A DNA stretch of 64,000 nucleotides from Gemmatimonadales bacterium. Its GTDB lineage: Bacteria > Gemmatimonadota > Gemmatimonadetes > Gemmatimonadales > GWC2-71-9. The stretch is taken from assembly GCA_965249575.1 (NCBI GenBank), contig OZ252244.1, forward strand, positions 1,504,001 through 1,568,000. The letters run 5' to 3'. A model generated the notes under the pieces. That model saw only the letters and a list, made by a program, of their open reading frames with translations, made no database searches and had not been told where the DNA came from. Both the position numbers and the translations under genes were made by a program. Positions 36,945 to 46,320 of the stretch are shown here, in pieces; position 1 is the stretch's first letter; each line of letters starts with the position of its first letter.

Positions 36945-39611
36945 GTGACAGGCCAACACAGAATCTCGAATAACAGCATCCTCCGGAAGGTCCGCGCCAG
37001 CCATTTCATTGGGCTCGTCGCAGCGCTCGCGCTCGGTCCGGCGGAGATCTACGGCCAAGGATCTGCCCAACGCGCGACCGCGATTCGCATCCAGGGCCGC
37101 GCACCCGCCGTCGACGGCGTGCTCGACGATCCCGCATGGCAGACCGCTCCTCCCATCACCGATTTCACGGCGAGAACGCCGGTCGAAGGGGAGGAGCCCA
37201 GCTCCGCGACGGAGGTCCGATTCCTGTACGACGACGCGGCGCTTTACGTCGCCGCCCGAATGTACCGGGACGATCCCTCCAAGATCGAGGTAGCCCTGAC
37301 GAGGCGAGACGAGCGCAGCGGCGAGCGGATCATCATCTCGCTCGACACGTACCTCGACCGGCGCACGGCGTACTCATTCTCGGTCACGAGCAGCGGCGTG
37401 CGCGGAGACTGGTACCACCCGAGGGACGAAGAGGTGCGTGACCGGGAAATGCAGTTCAACCCGGTCTGGCTCGCGCGGGCGAAGGTCGACTCGCTGGGCT
37501 GGGCCGCCGAGATGCGGATTCCCTTTTCCCAGCTCCGGTTCACCTCCGCCGAGGAACAGGTGTGGGGTCTCAACATCGATCGGTTCATCCCGGACCGGAA
37601 CGAGGACATCTTCTGGGTGATGGTCCCTCGCGCGCTGAACGGGTGGAGCTCCCGGTTCGGCACGCTGCACGGCATTAGCGGCATCACCCCCGCCCGCGGC
37701 ATCGAGCTCATACCGTACACAGCCGGCGACCTCACGTTTCGGTCGGACCTCGACCCACGCGACCCGTTCGACGACAAAACAGCGGGCCGGGTTGGGGCGG
37801 ACATGAAACTCGGCGTGGGATCGAACCTCACCCTCGACGCCACGGTGAACCCCGACTTCGGCCAAGTGGAGGCCGATCCCGCCGAGGTCAACCTCTCGGC
37901 GTTCGAGACCTTCTTCGACGAACGCCGGCCGTTCTTCATCGAGGGAAACGAGCTGCTGACCGGCAGAGGCGCCAGCTTCTTGGGGCGGCCGACCTACTAC
38001 TACTCCCGCCGGATCGGCGCGAGCCCGCACGGCGAGGCCGCGGGACACTACGTCCGCACCCCCTCGAACTCGACTATCCTGGGCGCGGCCAAGCTCTCCG
38101 GCCGACTCGCATCTGGGCTCTCGGTCGGGGCCCTCACGTCAGTCACCGCGCGCGAGTACGCGAGAGCCAACGACACGCTCCTCAACCGATTCACCGACGT
38201 GCAGGTCGAGCCGGTTACCGGCTTCGGGGTCGTCCGCGTCCAGCAAGAGGTCGGCAGTGACCGCTCGGTCGTCGGTGGAACCGTGACCGCTGTCCGGCGG
38301 GCGTTCGGCGGGGGCTCGTTGCAGAACGAGTTGGTGCGAGCCGCATACGCAGGAGGCACCGACTGGCAGATCCGGTTTCAAGAAGGCAAGTACGAGCTCA
38401 CCGGGTGGGCGGGTTTCAGCCGTCTCGAGGGCGACCCGGCGGCGCTCGACGAACTGCAGCAGTCGAGCCGGCACTACTACCAGCGCCCCGACCAGGATCA
38501 CGTGAGCCTGGGAACCCGCAATGCTCTCACCGGGTGGACCGCGTCGGTCCGGGGCGACAAGAACGCCGGCAGGTTCACCCTGTGGGGCATCCAGGTCTCG
38601 GCGAAATCCCCGGGATTCGAGATCAATGACTTTGGCCGCATGAACAGCGCCGACGCCGTCGATTTCAACGCCGACATCCAGTTGCGCGACACGCAGCCGA
38701 GCAAGCTGCTGCGAAGCTACCGATTTGGCTTTGTCATCCGTTCCGGCTGGAATTTCGGCGGCATTCGCCAGTACACCCACTTCATCCAATCGTCGCGGCT
38801 CGATTTCCACAACTTCTGGAACCTGACGGCCAGAACCACCATTCGCACCCGGGCGCTGAGCGACTCGCTCACCCGGGGCGGGCCCCTGATGGGCACGGGC
38901 AGCGGGTGGAACACGAGCCTCAGCCTCGGAAACTTCTTCGCGGCCGCCACCAGCTGGGACGTCGATGCCGAGTACGGGAGAGACGAGCTGGGCGGGTGGC
39001 GCTACGACCTCGGGGCTAGCCTCAAGTTCCGTGTTGGGACGCGGTGGGCGGTGGAGATCGCGCCGAGGTACGTGCGATCGGTCAATGCACGCCAGCACAT
39101 CCAGGACGAGGCCGGCGGCTCGGCCCTTACGTTTGGCTCCCGCTACGTCTTCGCATTCATCGAGCGGAGCAGGCTCTCAGCGCAGATCCGCCTCAACTAC
39201 GCGTTCACTCCCGACCTCACGCTCGAAGCCTACGCGGAACCCTTCGCTGCGAGCGGCCGATTCTCCGACTTCGGGGAGCTGGGAGCCGCCCAGAGCCGCT
39301 CGCTCAGGACGTACGGCACGGACGGCACGACGATCGCCCGGCAAACCGATGGTTCCCACACGGTGACCGACGGGGCCGACTCATTCACGATCGACAACCT
39401 GGACTTCAACAATCTGTCGTTTCGGTCGAATCTCGTACTTCGCTGGGAGTTCCTCCCGGGGAGCACTCTCTTCGCGATCTGGCAGCAAGACCGGGGGGAG
39501 GACCGAACGATCGGCGATCTCATCAGGCCGCGGGACCTGTGGGACTCGCTCGGAGCGTCGGGGGACAACTTCTTCGCGATGAAGATCGCGTACTGGTTTT
39601 CGATCCACTAG
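36945..39611 (+). CDS. CBM9-like + DUF5916-type outer-membrane protein (paralog 2)
   Basis: VDGVLDDPAW, AEMRIPFSQLRF, NPDFGQVEADPAEVNLSAFETFF, SNLVLRWE..PGS, KIAYW. Confidence 0.88.
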   Translation: MTGQHRISNNSILRKVRASHFIGLVAALALGPAEIYGQGSAQRATAIRIQGRAPAVDGVLDDPAWQTAPPITDFTARTPVEGEEPSSATEVRFLYDDAALYVAARMYRDDPSKIEVALTRRDERSGERIIISLDTYLDRRTAYSFSVTSSGVRGDWYHPRDEEVRDREMQFNPVWLARAKVDSLGWAAEMRIPFSQLRFTSAEEQVWGLNIDRFIPDRNEDIFWVMVPRALNGWSSRFGTLHGISGITPARGIELIPYTAGDLTFRSDLDPRDPFDDKTAGRVGADMKLGVGSNLTLDATVNPDFGQVEADPAEVNLSAFETFFDERRPFFIEGNELLTGRGASFLGRPTYYYSRRIGASPHGEAAGHYVRTPSNSTILGAAKLSGRLASGLSVGALTSVTAREYARANDTLLNRFTDVQVEPVTGFGVVRVQQEVGSDRSVVGGTVTAVRRAFGGGSLQNELVRAAYAGGTDWQIRFQEGKYELTGWAGFSRLEGDPAALDELQQSSRHYYQRPDQDHVSLGTRNALTGWTASVRGDKNAGRFTLWGIQVSAKSPGFEINDFGRMNSADAVDFNADIQLRDTQPSKLLRSYRFGFVIRSGWNFGGIRQYTHFIQSSRLDFHNFWNLTARTTIRTRALSDSLTRGGPLMGTGSGWNTSLSLGNFFAAATSWDVDAEYGRDELGGWRYDLGASLKFRVGTRWAVEIAPRYVRSVNARQHIQDEAGGSALTFGSRYVFAFIERSRLSAQIRLNYAFTPDLTLEAYAEPFAASGRFSDFGELGAAQSRSLRTYGTDGTTIARQTDGSHTVTDGADSFTIDNLDFNNLSFRSNLVLRWEFLPGSTLFAIWQQDRGEDRTIGDLIRPRDLWDSLGASGDNFFAMKIAYWFSIH

Positions 39612-39681
39612 CGCTGATGAAAAGGGTTGGTCTCTGAGCTACGATCGCCTGGACCGCTACCTGCGCTCGCTCGCCTGACCC

Positions 39682-40569
39682 CTACACGGTCGCCGGCTGG
39701 ATTCCGAGGATCTCTCGGGCTTCCGCCGGCTCCGCCACCGTCCCCCCGATCTCCCGAACGATGCGCACCGCGCGCTTGACGAGCGCGGCATTGCTCGGCG
39801 CGAGCACGCCTCTCTCCAGGTACAGATTGTCCTCGAGTCCCACGCGCACATGACCGCCCAGGAGCACCGCCTGGGCGACCATGGGGAACTCCTGGTGCGA
39901 GATGCCGAACGCGGCCCAATTGACCCCCTCGGGCAACTGGTCCCGCATGAAGAGCATCGCCTCGGGGGTCGCCGGCGCGCCCCAGGGCACACCGAGCACG
40001 ATCTGGAACAGGTGCGGCGGCGGCACATGGCCGTCGGCGATAAGCCGGGCGGCAAGGCGGACGTGCCCCGCATCGAACACTTCCAGCTCCGGGAGCACCC
40101 CCGCCTCGCAAATAGAGCGCGCCATCTTCCGCAGGTGGGCGGGCACGTTGATGAAGGCGTGCTCTCCGAAGTTCATGGTGGCGACGTCGAGCGAACAAAT
40201 GTCGGGAGTGAGCGCGCGAATGTGCTCCACTCTGCGCTCCGGGTTCGCCAGCGTCGTACCGGGACCCGCGGCGAGGGGATCGTCGTCGCCGGGAACGAAC
40301 CGGGCACCGGGCCCCGTCGTGAGATTGATCAGGACGTCGGTACCGGACCCGCGAATCCGCTCGACCGCCTCGTGGTAGAGCGCAACGTCCATGGCGGGCA
40401 CACCGGTCTCCGGATCCCGCACGTGGATGTGCGCCACGGCTGCACCGGCCCGGGCGGCCCCGATCGCGGACTCGGCGATCTGCTCGGGCGTCACCGGCAC
40501 CGCGGGATTCTTCCCGACCGTGTCTCCCGACCCGGTCACCGCACACGTGATGATCGTTGCCTTGGCCAT
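39682..40569 (-). CDS. Beta-keto acid cleavage enzyme (BKACE/Kce, DUF849)
   Basis: IITCAVTG, PVTPEQIA, AHIHVRDP, PELEVFD, GGHVRVGLEDN. Confidence 0.95.
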   Translation of the reverse strand: MAKATIITCAVTGSGDTVGKNPAVPVTPEQIAESAIGAARAGAAVAHIHVRDPETGVPAMDVALYHEAVERIRGSGTDVLINLTTGPGARFVPGDDDPLAAGPGTTLANPERRVEHIRALTPDICSLDVATMNFGEHAFINVPAHLRKMARSICEAGVLPELEVFDAGHVRLAARLIADGHVPPPHLFQIVLGVPWGAPATPEAMLFMRDQLPEGVNWAAFGISHQEFPMVAQAVLLGGHVRVGLEDNLYLERGVLAPSNAALVKRAVRIVREIGGTVAEPAEAREILGIQPATV

Positions 40570-40810
40570 GCCTCCCCTTCTAGGCGGACGAGTCATGGAA
40601 GTATCAGGCTCGCGTCGCGCCATCGCCAGCCTCGGTGTCGCGCTCCGCGGGAGACGAGCCGAGCGGCGAAACGACGCGTGGGGTCAACCCGCAACTCGCC
40701 CACCCCCCCGATGGCGGGTAACGCCCCGATTTTGCGCACTCCCAGATAGAAGCCCTGAAACGAGCCTTTATCCGGGAGGCCCCGATGTTCCGACATCCCG
40801 CCCTGCCATC

Positions 40811-41308
40811 ATGGCCCTGCTGGTGGTCGCCGCCTGCGCCGAGAGCCCGACCGCCCCCGCGAGCAGTCTCAACGAGTCTCCAAACCTGCTGATCGGTCAA
40901 TCCCCACTGGCGCCCATCCGGCTCGTTTCGACCATGAAGGACGGCGTAACGATCCAGCGGGTGCTCGAGATCCCGGTGGAGGTGAGCATCGGCAGCGCCA
41001 ACATCGGCGCGGGGGAGTGGTTCGCCCTCCGGACCGGCACCACCTTCCACGCTCCCGACGGCGGCACGCATGTCGTCAACCCGAAGGTCGACCCGGCGGC
41101 AGACGAGGCCCTCCGGTCCGGTAAGCCCGTTGTCGTAACGGGCGCGGTGGACCTGCTGGACCAGCCGGTGTGGGACGCCATCAAAGACTTCCATGCCGTG
41201 GATGTTGAGGCGCGCGTCGAGCTGGTGGCGGTCGACGCCGGCAGCAAGGAGCGCGTATTGGATGCGGTCGAGCGAAGTGGGATAGTCGATCCCAAGTGCG
41301 GCTGTTAG
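40811..41308 (+). CDS. Hypothetical lipoprotein ending in CGC (true start possibly ATG 40785 via a frameshift)
   Basis: LLVVAAC-AESPTAP lipobox-like signal; GGAGG precedes the out-of-frame ATG at 40785. Confidence 0.6.
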   Translation: MALLVVAACAESPTAPASSLNESPNLLIGQSPLAPIRLVSTMKDGVTIQRVLEIPVEVSIGSANIGAGEWFALRTGTTFHAPDGGTHVVNPKVDPAADEALRSGKPVVVTGAVDLLDQPVWDAIKDFHAVDVEARVELVAVDAGSKERVLDAVERSGIVDPKCGC

Positions 41309-41530
41309 GCCGAGTCGCGGGGAAGCACTCGCGTAGACGAACGCTGGAAACGTCGCTCTCAGCGACAGACCAGCGGAGGCGCGGCCCTCAGCCGAGACCG
41401 GCCGGCCAATGACTCATGGGGGAATCCCCCATCCCGATGCGGGGTTCACCCCGATTGCGGCCGCCGCCGGGGGACCGATCTTGGAGGGATCGCACAGCCG
41501 GCGATCGCCGACCCGAGATGGAGGTCCCCG

Positions 41531-41805
41531 CTGCGCCACCGACTCTTGTTCGCCGCTATGGCGGCGCCACTCATTGCGACGTACTCCTGCCGCTCCTCGT
41601 CCGCGGTAATCAGCGAAGAGCGGCGCGCGGCGGTGGAGGAGGAGGTGCGCGAGGCCGTCGAGCGCTACTTTGCCGATTGGAACACCCACGACATCGACCG
41701 GATCTTGCCCCACTACCCGGGCGGGACCTTCACCCTGGCATCGGGAGCAGACGTCGTCCTCTGGGAGGCCTTCGCGGCCGCGCAGCGCGCCCTCCACGAG
41801 GAGGC
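41531..41805 (+). pseudogene. 5' part of an NTF2/SnoaL-like lipoprotein fused to the downstream barrel fragment
   Basis: GGAGG then CTG; lipobox-like YSC; EVREAVERYFADWNTHDIDRILPHY. Confidence 0.5.
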
Positions 41806-43002
41806 GGGCAGCGGCGGCGCGGGGGACGACGAGCTGGTCGATTCCTCTACGGCCCGGGGAAGAAAGACCCGCTTCTACGACGCGGCGGGCCGGACCGGTT
41901 CGACCGGGCCAGTGGAGCGAGTGTGAGCGAGCGTCCCTACCAGCGGCCGGCGGGCCCGCCACCCTTCCACCAGTACGCCCAGGACTGGGGCGGGTGGCTC
42001 TTCAGCGCCTCCAGGCTGGACTTTAACAGCGACGCCGGCCTGGCCCTGCTGCTCGGAGTCGAACGGGTCGCGTACGGATTCCGAAAGCACCCCTACGCCT
42101 CGCGTGTGCTGGTCCGGGGCGGCGCCTCGACCGCGGGGCGGGTCGCGTTCGAGCTCGAGGCCCACCTCCGGGACGTGCGCCGCTCGGTGGACGCGGGCGT
42201 CAACGTCATCGTGTCGGGCATCGGCAAGCACCGTTTTTTTGGCCGGGGCAACGAGACGGCGAACGGCCCCGACCGCGTGCACCGTGTGCGCCGATACGAC
42301 TTCCGTGTCGAGCCCAGGCTCACCGCCCGGTCGGGCTCGGACCTCCGCGTTGGTTTCGGCCCGGTGCTCAAGCTCTACCGCACCAGCCGCGACCCGGGCC
42401 GCGTCATCGACTCACTCCTGCCGTACGGCTCGGGCGCGTTCGGCCTGGCAGGTGTCGCGGCGGACGGCGCGTGGGGCCGGAGCGACGGTGCGCACTGGCC
42501 CACGCGGGGCTTCACGTTCCGGATCGGCGGGAGCGCGTATCCGGCGTTGTTCGGCGCGACCGAGGCGTTCGGCGAATTCCACGGCTCGCTCTCGGCGTAT
42601 CTCCCGCTGCCGTTGTCGATCGGTCCGGTGCTGGCCGTGCGCCTGAGCGGCAAGCGCACCTGGGGCCGAGTGCCCTATCAGGAGGCTGCGTACCTGGGCG
42701 GGCGGCGCTCGCTCCGCGGCTTCGAGACCGACCGTTACGCGGGCGACGCCGCACTGTTCGCCAACGCCGAGCTGCGCGTGCCGGTCACGCGCTTCGGCAC
42801 CTGGCTGCCACTGGAAGTCGGCGTGGTCTCGCTGGTGGACGTGGGCCGCGTGTTCGTGGAGGGGGAGTTATCGTCGACGTGGCACGCCTCGGCCGGCGGG
42901 GGCGTATGGATCGCGCCGTTCGACCGGGACTACACGGTGAGCGCGGTGCTCGCGCGCGGGGAGGAGACGAAGATCAGGGTGTACTTGGGGCTCGCGTACT
43001 AG
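41806..43002 (+). pseudogene. C-terminal part of an Omp85/BamA-TamA-family barrel protein (N-terminus missing; -1 frameshift at ~41889)
   Basis: GGAGDDELVDSS..TRFYD, YGFRKHPY, LGGRRSLRGF..DRYAGD, DVGRVF, GGGVW; ends YLGLAY. Confidence 0.7.
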
Positions 43003-43106
43003 TTCGTGGTGCACCAGCAGTGGGGCGTAGGCAAGCCCGATTTGATTCCTAGAGGCCGCTTCCAGCACCCAGGCCGCACCATTGTAACGTAATCGCTCAC
43101 AACGCG

Positions 43107-43136
43107 TTGACATCGCGTTGACCGGGACTGCATTCT
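43107..43136 (+). promoter_or_regulatory. Sigma70-like promoter for the BTAD regulator
   Basis: TTGACA-18-CATTCT about 30 nt upstream of GTG 43167. Confidence 0.45.
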
Positions 43137-43166
43137 TTGCTTAGCGTCGAGAACACGGCGGGACGC

Positions 43167-44403
43167 GTGGCTGACACATTTCATCTCAAGATCTTCGGCA
43201 CACCCGAGCTGCGGGATCCGGCGGGGCAGGCCGTCCGACTCCGGACCAGGAAACAGCTTGCCCTCCTCGCTTATCTCGCATTGGGGTCACGGAGCCGAGG
43301 GGCCGACCGGGACGAGCTCGTTCAGTTGTTATGGTCGGGTGGCGACCTACGGCGGGGGCGCCATTCTCTCTCTCAGGCACTCACGGCGATACGAGGCGTG
43401 CTCGGCGCGGGCTCCGTCCGCTCGTCCCACTCCACGGTTAAGTTGACCGCGCCCCTCACCACCGACCTCGACTTGGCGGGGCTCGAGGGGAGCGGCGACC
43501 TCGATCTCACCCGTCCCCTTGATGGGCTTCGACGATTGCGCGGGGCTCGGCTTTTCCCATTGGCTCGAGGGCATAAGGGTCCGGTGCCGCCGCGTCGCCC
43601 GAGAGGCATTGTTGGGAGCCATGCACCGTTCCCGAGCTGCCGGGGATTTCACGCGCGTACACGAGACCGCCGAGGTGCTCTACGCAGTCGACCCGTTGTC
43701 AGACGCCGCCGCTCACGCCCTCGCCGAACGCGCGCTAGCGCGCGGCGACGAGATTGAAGCTATCCGCATCATCAGGACTTGCCTTTCGAGAACGAAGGAC
43801 GAGTTGGGCGTGCCAGGACCGGCTGGCCTGCGAAGCCTATTGCATCGGATCGAAGCGGTCGGTCGGCGAGTAGCCGCTTTCTCCGCGGACGCGGTCGATT
43901 CCGGGAAGAACGAAACCACCGGAGATTTGCTTGGTCGCTGCACTGAGCTGGCGGCGATGGAATCCTTATGGCACAGTGCGGCGCCGGGGACGCTAGCGAC
44001 CTGTCTGGTTCGAGGCCCGGCGGGAATCGGCAAGAGTTCCCTCCTCCGCGCGTTCGCCGCATCGATCACGGCCCGTGGAGCTCCCGTCCTGATCGTGAAT
44101 TGCCAAGAAATCGCTCAAGGGATTCCCTTCGCTGCGGTCGCTGGTCTCATCACCGAACTAGCACGGGAATCCGCCCTAGGCGGTACTGATCCGATCTGGC
44201 TTGCCGAAGCGAGTCGCGTGAATCCAGGACTTCGCTCGAGCTATCCCGGTATCCCGGATCCTTCAGACGGGCCGCTCGAGTCATCGCGCGTTCGGCTCGC
44301 GGAAGCGGTATTCCACATGCTCGTGGCCGTGAGCGACGGTGACCCGATGCTAGTGGGATTCGACGACGCACAGAACATCGATCCGGTCAGTGCTGATGTT
44401 TTG
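43167..44403 (+). pseudogene. SARP/BTAD-AAA transcriptional regulator, +1 frameshift at ~43525, truncated just after Walker B
   Basis: LKIFGTPEL, RKQLALLAYLAL, LLW..RHSLSQALT, DPLSD, GPAGIGKS, LVGFDDAQNID; similarity ends at ~44403. Confidence 0.75.
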
Positions 44404-44786
44404 CCCCACTCGGGATCCGCCAGCAACTTTCGGTATTCCCCGGCCACCAGCTCGTCGCCCAGGACGCCATGATAGACCTCGCGGAACCCCGCCCCGTAAC
44501 ACGCGTTGATGACCTGCTCGGGCGAATGGGGGTGAAAGTGTACCGCCGCCTCGACACTCAGGATGAGGATCGCATCACCAAGCTCCAACAGAGCGGTCGC
44601 GCGCTCCAGTTCGCCGCCGGCCGTGATGGCCTCATGGGGACACGCCGGGACGCACTCCCCGCACCGGATACACGCCTCGTCGACGATCCTGACGTTCGCC
44701 CCGTCTACCGCGACGGCCTGAGTCGGACAAACCCTGACGCAGGCCAGACAGGAGACACATTTGTCGGGATCGACAGAGAAATACAC
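44401..44786 (-). pseudogene. 5' fragment of a 2x[4Fe-4S] + [FeFe]-hydrogenase-large-subunit-like protein
   Basis: CVSCLACVRVCP, CIRCGECVPACPH, LILSVEA, GFREV..GDELVA.EY; after EWG the frame reads antisense BTAD sequence. Confidence 0.7.
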
Positions 44787-45047
44787 GTGTCAGCAACCCG
44801 CCGGCCGGAGAAGGAGGCACTTCATTGAAGAACGGAATCGGCAGAATCATGGGATTTGGACCACCCACTGTCAATGGGTCCCGGACCGCCGGACCTGCTT
44901 GCAGCACCGTGACTTATGGCCGCAGCGCGCCGTTCGGTTTGGAGCAAGAAGCCGGCTTGGGTGTATATTCCCGCAAGCAAAAGGCGAGCCTGCGGGACGG
45001 GGGCCGCCCCGCACTCATTCCCCAGAACGACCGCAAGAAACCACGCC

Positions 45048-45881
45048 ATGGGAAACACATTCAAGACCGCAGCCCTGCTGGGACTATTGAGCGGCCTCCT
45101 GCTGTTCATCGGGGGCTCAATCGGGGGCCAGCAGGGCCTCGTCATAGCCTCTATCTTCGCCCTGGCCATGAACTTCGGGTCCTACTGGTTCTCGGACAAG
45201 ATCGTCCTCAAGATGTACAAGGCGCAGGAGGTGGGGCCCGAGCAGCCACTCCACCAAATGGTTGAACGGCTCTCGCGGCGCGCGGGCCTCCCCACACCCA
45301 AGGTCTACGTCATACCGACTGAGGCGCCGAACGCCTTCGCGACCGGGCGAAACCCCGAGCACGCGGCGGTGGCGGCCACCGCCGGGATCATGCGGCTCCT
45401 GAGCCGGGAGGAGCTCGAAGGGGTGATCGCCCACGAGCTGGCCCACGTAAAAAATCGAGACATCCTGATCGCGTCTATCGCTGCGACGATCGCGGCAACT
45501 ATCATGATGCTCGCCTCTATCGCCCGCTGGGGGATGATCTTTGGGGGCCGTGGGGGTGGCGGACGGGACGGGGGGAACGCCATCGCGCTGCTCGCCACCG
45601 CCATTGTCGCGCCACTGGCGGCAATGATCATCCAGGCGGCAATCTCCAGGTCCCGTGAGTTTGCCGCCGACAGGGGAGGCTCGGACATCGCCGGTGGCCC
45701 CGATGGCCTGGCCCAGGCACTTCGAAAGATCGAGGCGGCGGCGAAACGCCACCCGCTCCCCGCAAACCCCGCCACCGCGCACCTGTTCATCGTGAAGCCG
45801 TTTTCGGGCGCGGGGCTGATGTCGCTTTTTAGTACCCACCCGCCCACCGAGGAGCGGGTGGCGAGGCTGCTCGGAGGGTAG
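45048..45881 (+). CDS. htpX: Zinc metalloprotease HtpX
   Basis: YWFSDKIVL, PNAFATGRNP, AHELAH, ISRSREFAAD, FSTHPPTEERV. Confidence 0.97.
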   Translation: MGNTFKTAALLGLLSGLLLFIGGSIGGQQGLVIASIFALAMNFGSYWFSDKIVLKMYKAQEVGPEQPLHQMVERLSRRAGLPTPKVYVIPTEAPNAFATGRNPEHAAVAATAGIMRLLSREELEGVIAHELAHVKNRDILIASIAATIAATIMMLASIARWGMIFGGRGGGGRDGGNAIALLATAIVAPLAAMIIQAAISRSREFAADRGGSDIAGGPDGLAQALRKIEAAAKRHPLPANPATAHLFIVKPFSGAGLMSLFSTHPPTEERVARLLGG

Positions 45882-45907
45882 GGTCGCTGGCCCAGATGAA
45901 CTGGAAT

Positions 45908-45941
45908 GGCGCCCGGGCTACATCCTGGGCGCCTCTTTGTT
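45908..45941 (+). terminator. Rho-independent terminator after htpX
   Basis: GGCGCCCGGG-ctacat-CCTGGGCGCC-TCTTTGTT. Confidence 0.7.
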
Positions 45942-46267
45942 GCGCAAGCGCCGCAGTACTGCGCCGATTTCGGCGCCGCGGCTGTTACTCCATTCCGCAA
46001 ACGAAGCGAGATGATTGCGCCCCTTGAGCGGGCAATCGCTCAGTCAGGATGTCCGAACCCGCGGTGTTCAACTCGAAAAGGGTGGGGCTGGGCGGCATGA
46101 CAAGGGCTCCGAATGTTTGGAGGCCCTGGCTTCTGCTTCCCCACTGGCCTGGAGCGGCGACGCGTACGAATTCAAATGCGCATTTCCAGGGGGAGGGCGG
46201 ATGCGGGTTACCCGGCAACAGTTGTTCTGCGCCGTGACGGTGCGCAGAGGCTTCCCTGCCCGAGGGC

Positions 46268-46308
46268 AAAAAAAGGGGGAGCGGGCGAGACACCCGCGCC
46301 CCCCCCTT
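46268..46308 (-). terminator. Rho-independent terminator after the spondin-domain gene
   Basis: Minus strand GGGGGCGCGGG-tgtctcg-CCCGCTCCCCC-TTTTTTT. Confidence 0.8.
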
Positions 46309-46320
46309 GAAAAGGTCCGG

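Noticed and set aside
41924..41926. TGA as selenocysteine or readthrough
   Set aside because: A one-base frameshift ~35 nt upstream explains the continuity better; no SECIS evident.
43082..43102. lacO-like palindrome TTGTAACGTAATCGCTCACAA
   Set aside because: Only the outer 4 bp are symmetric and no LacI gene is nearby; too weak to call.
45945..46265. 320-nt gap between two terminators as an sRNA or small ORF
   Set aside because: A few hairpins but no recognisable RNA family, RBS-supported ORF or promoter.
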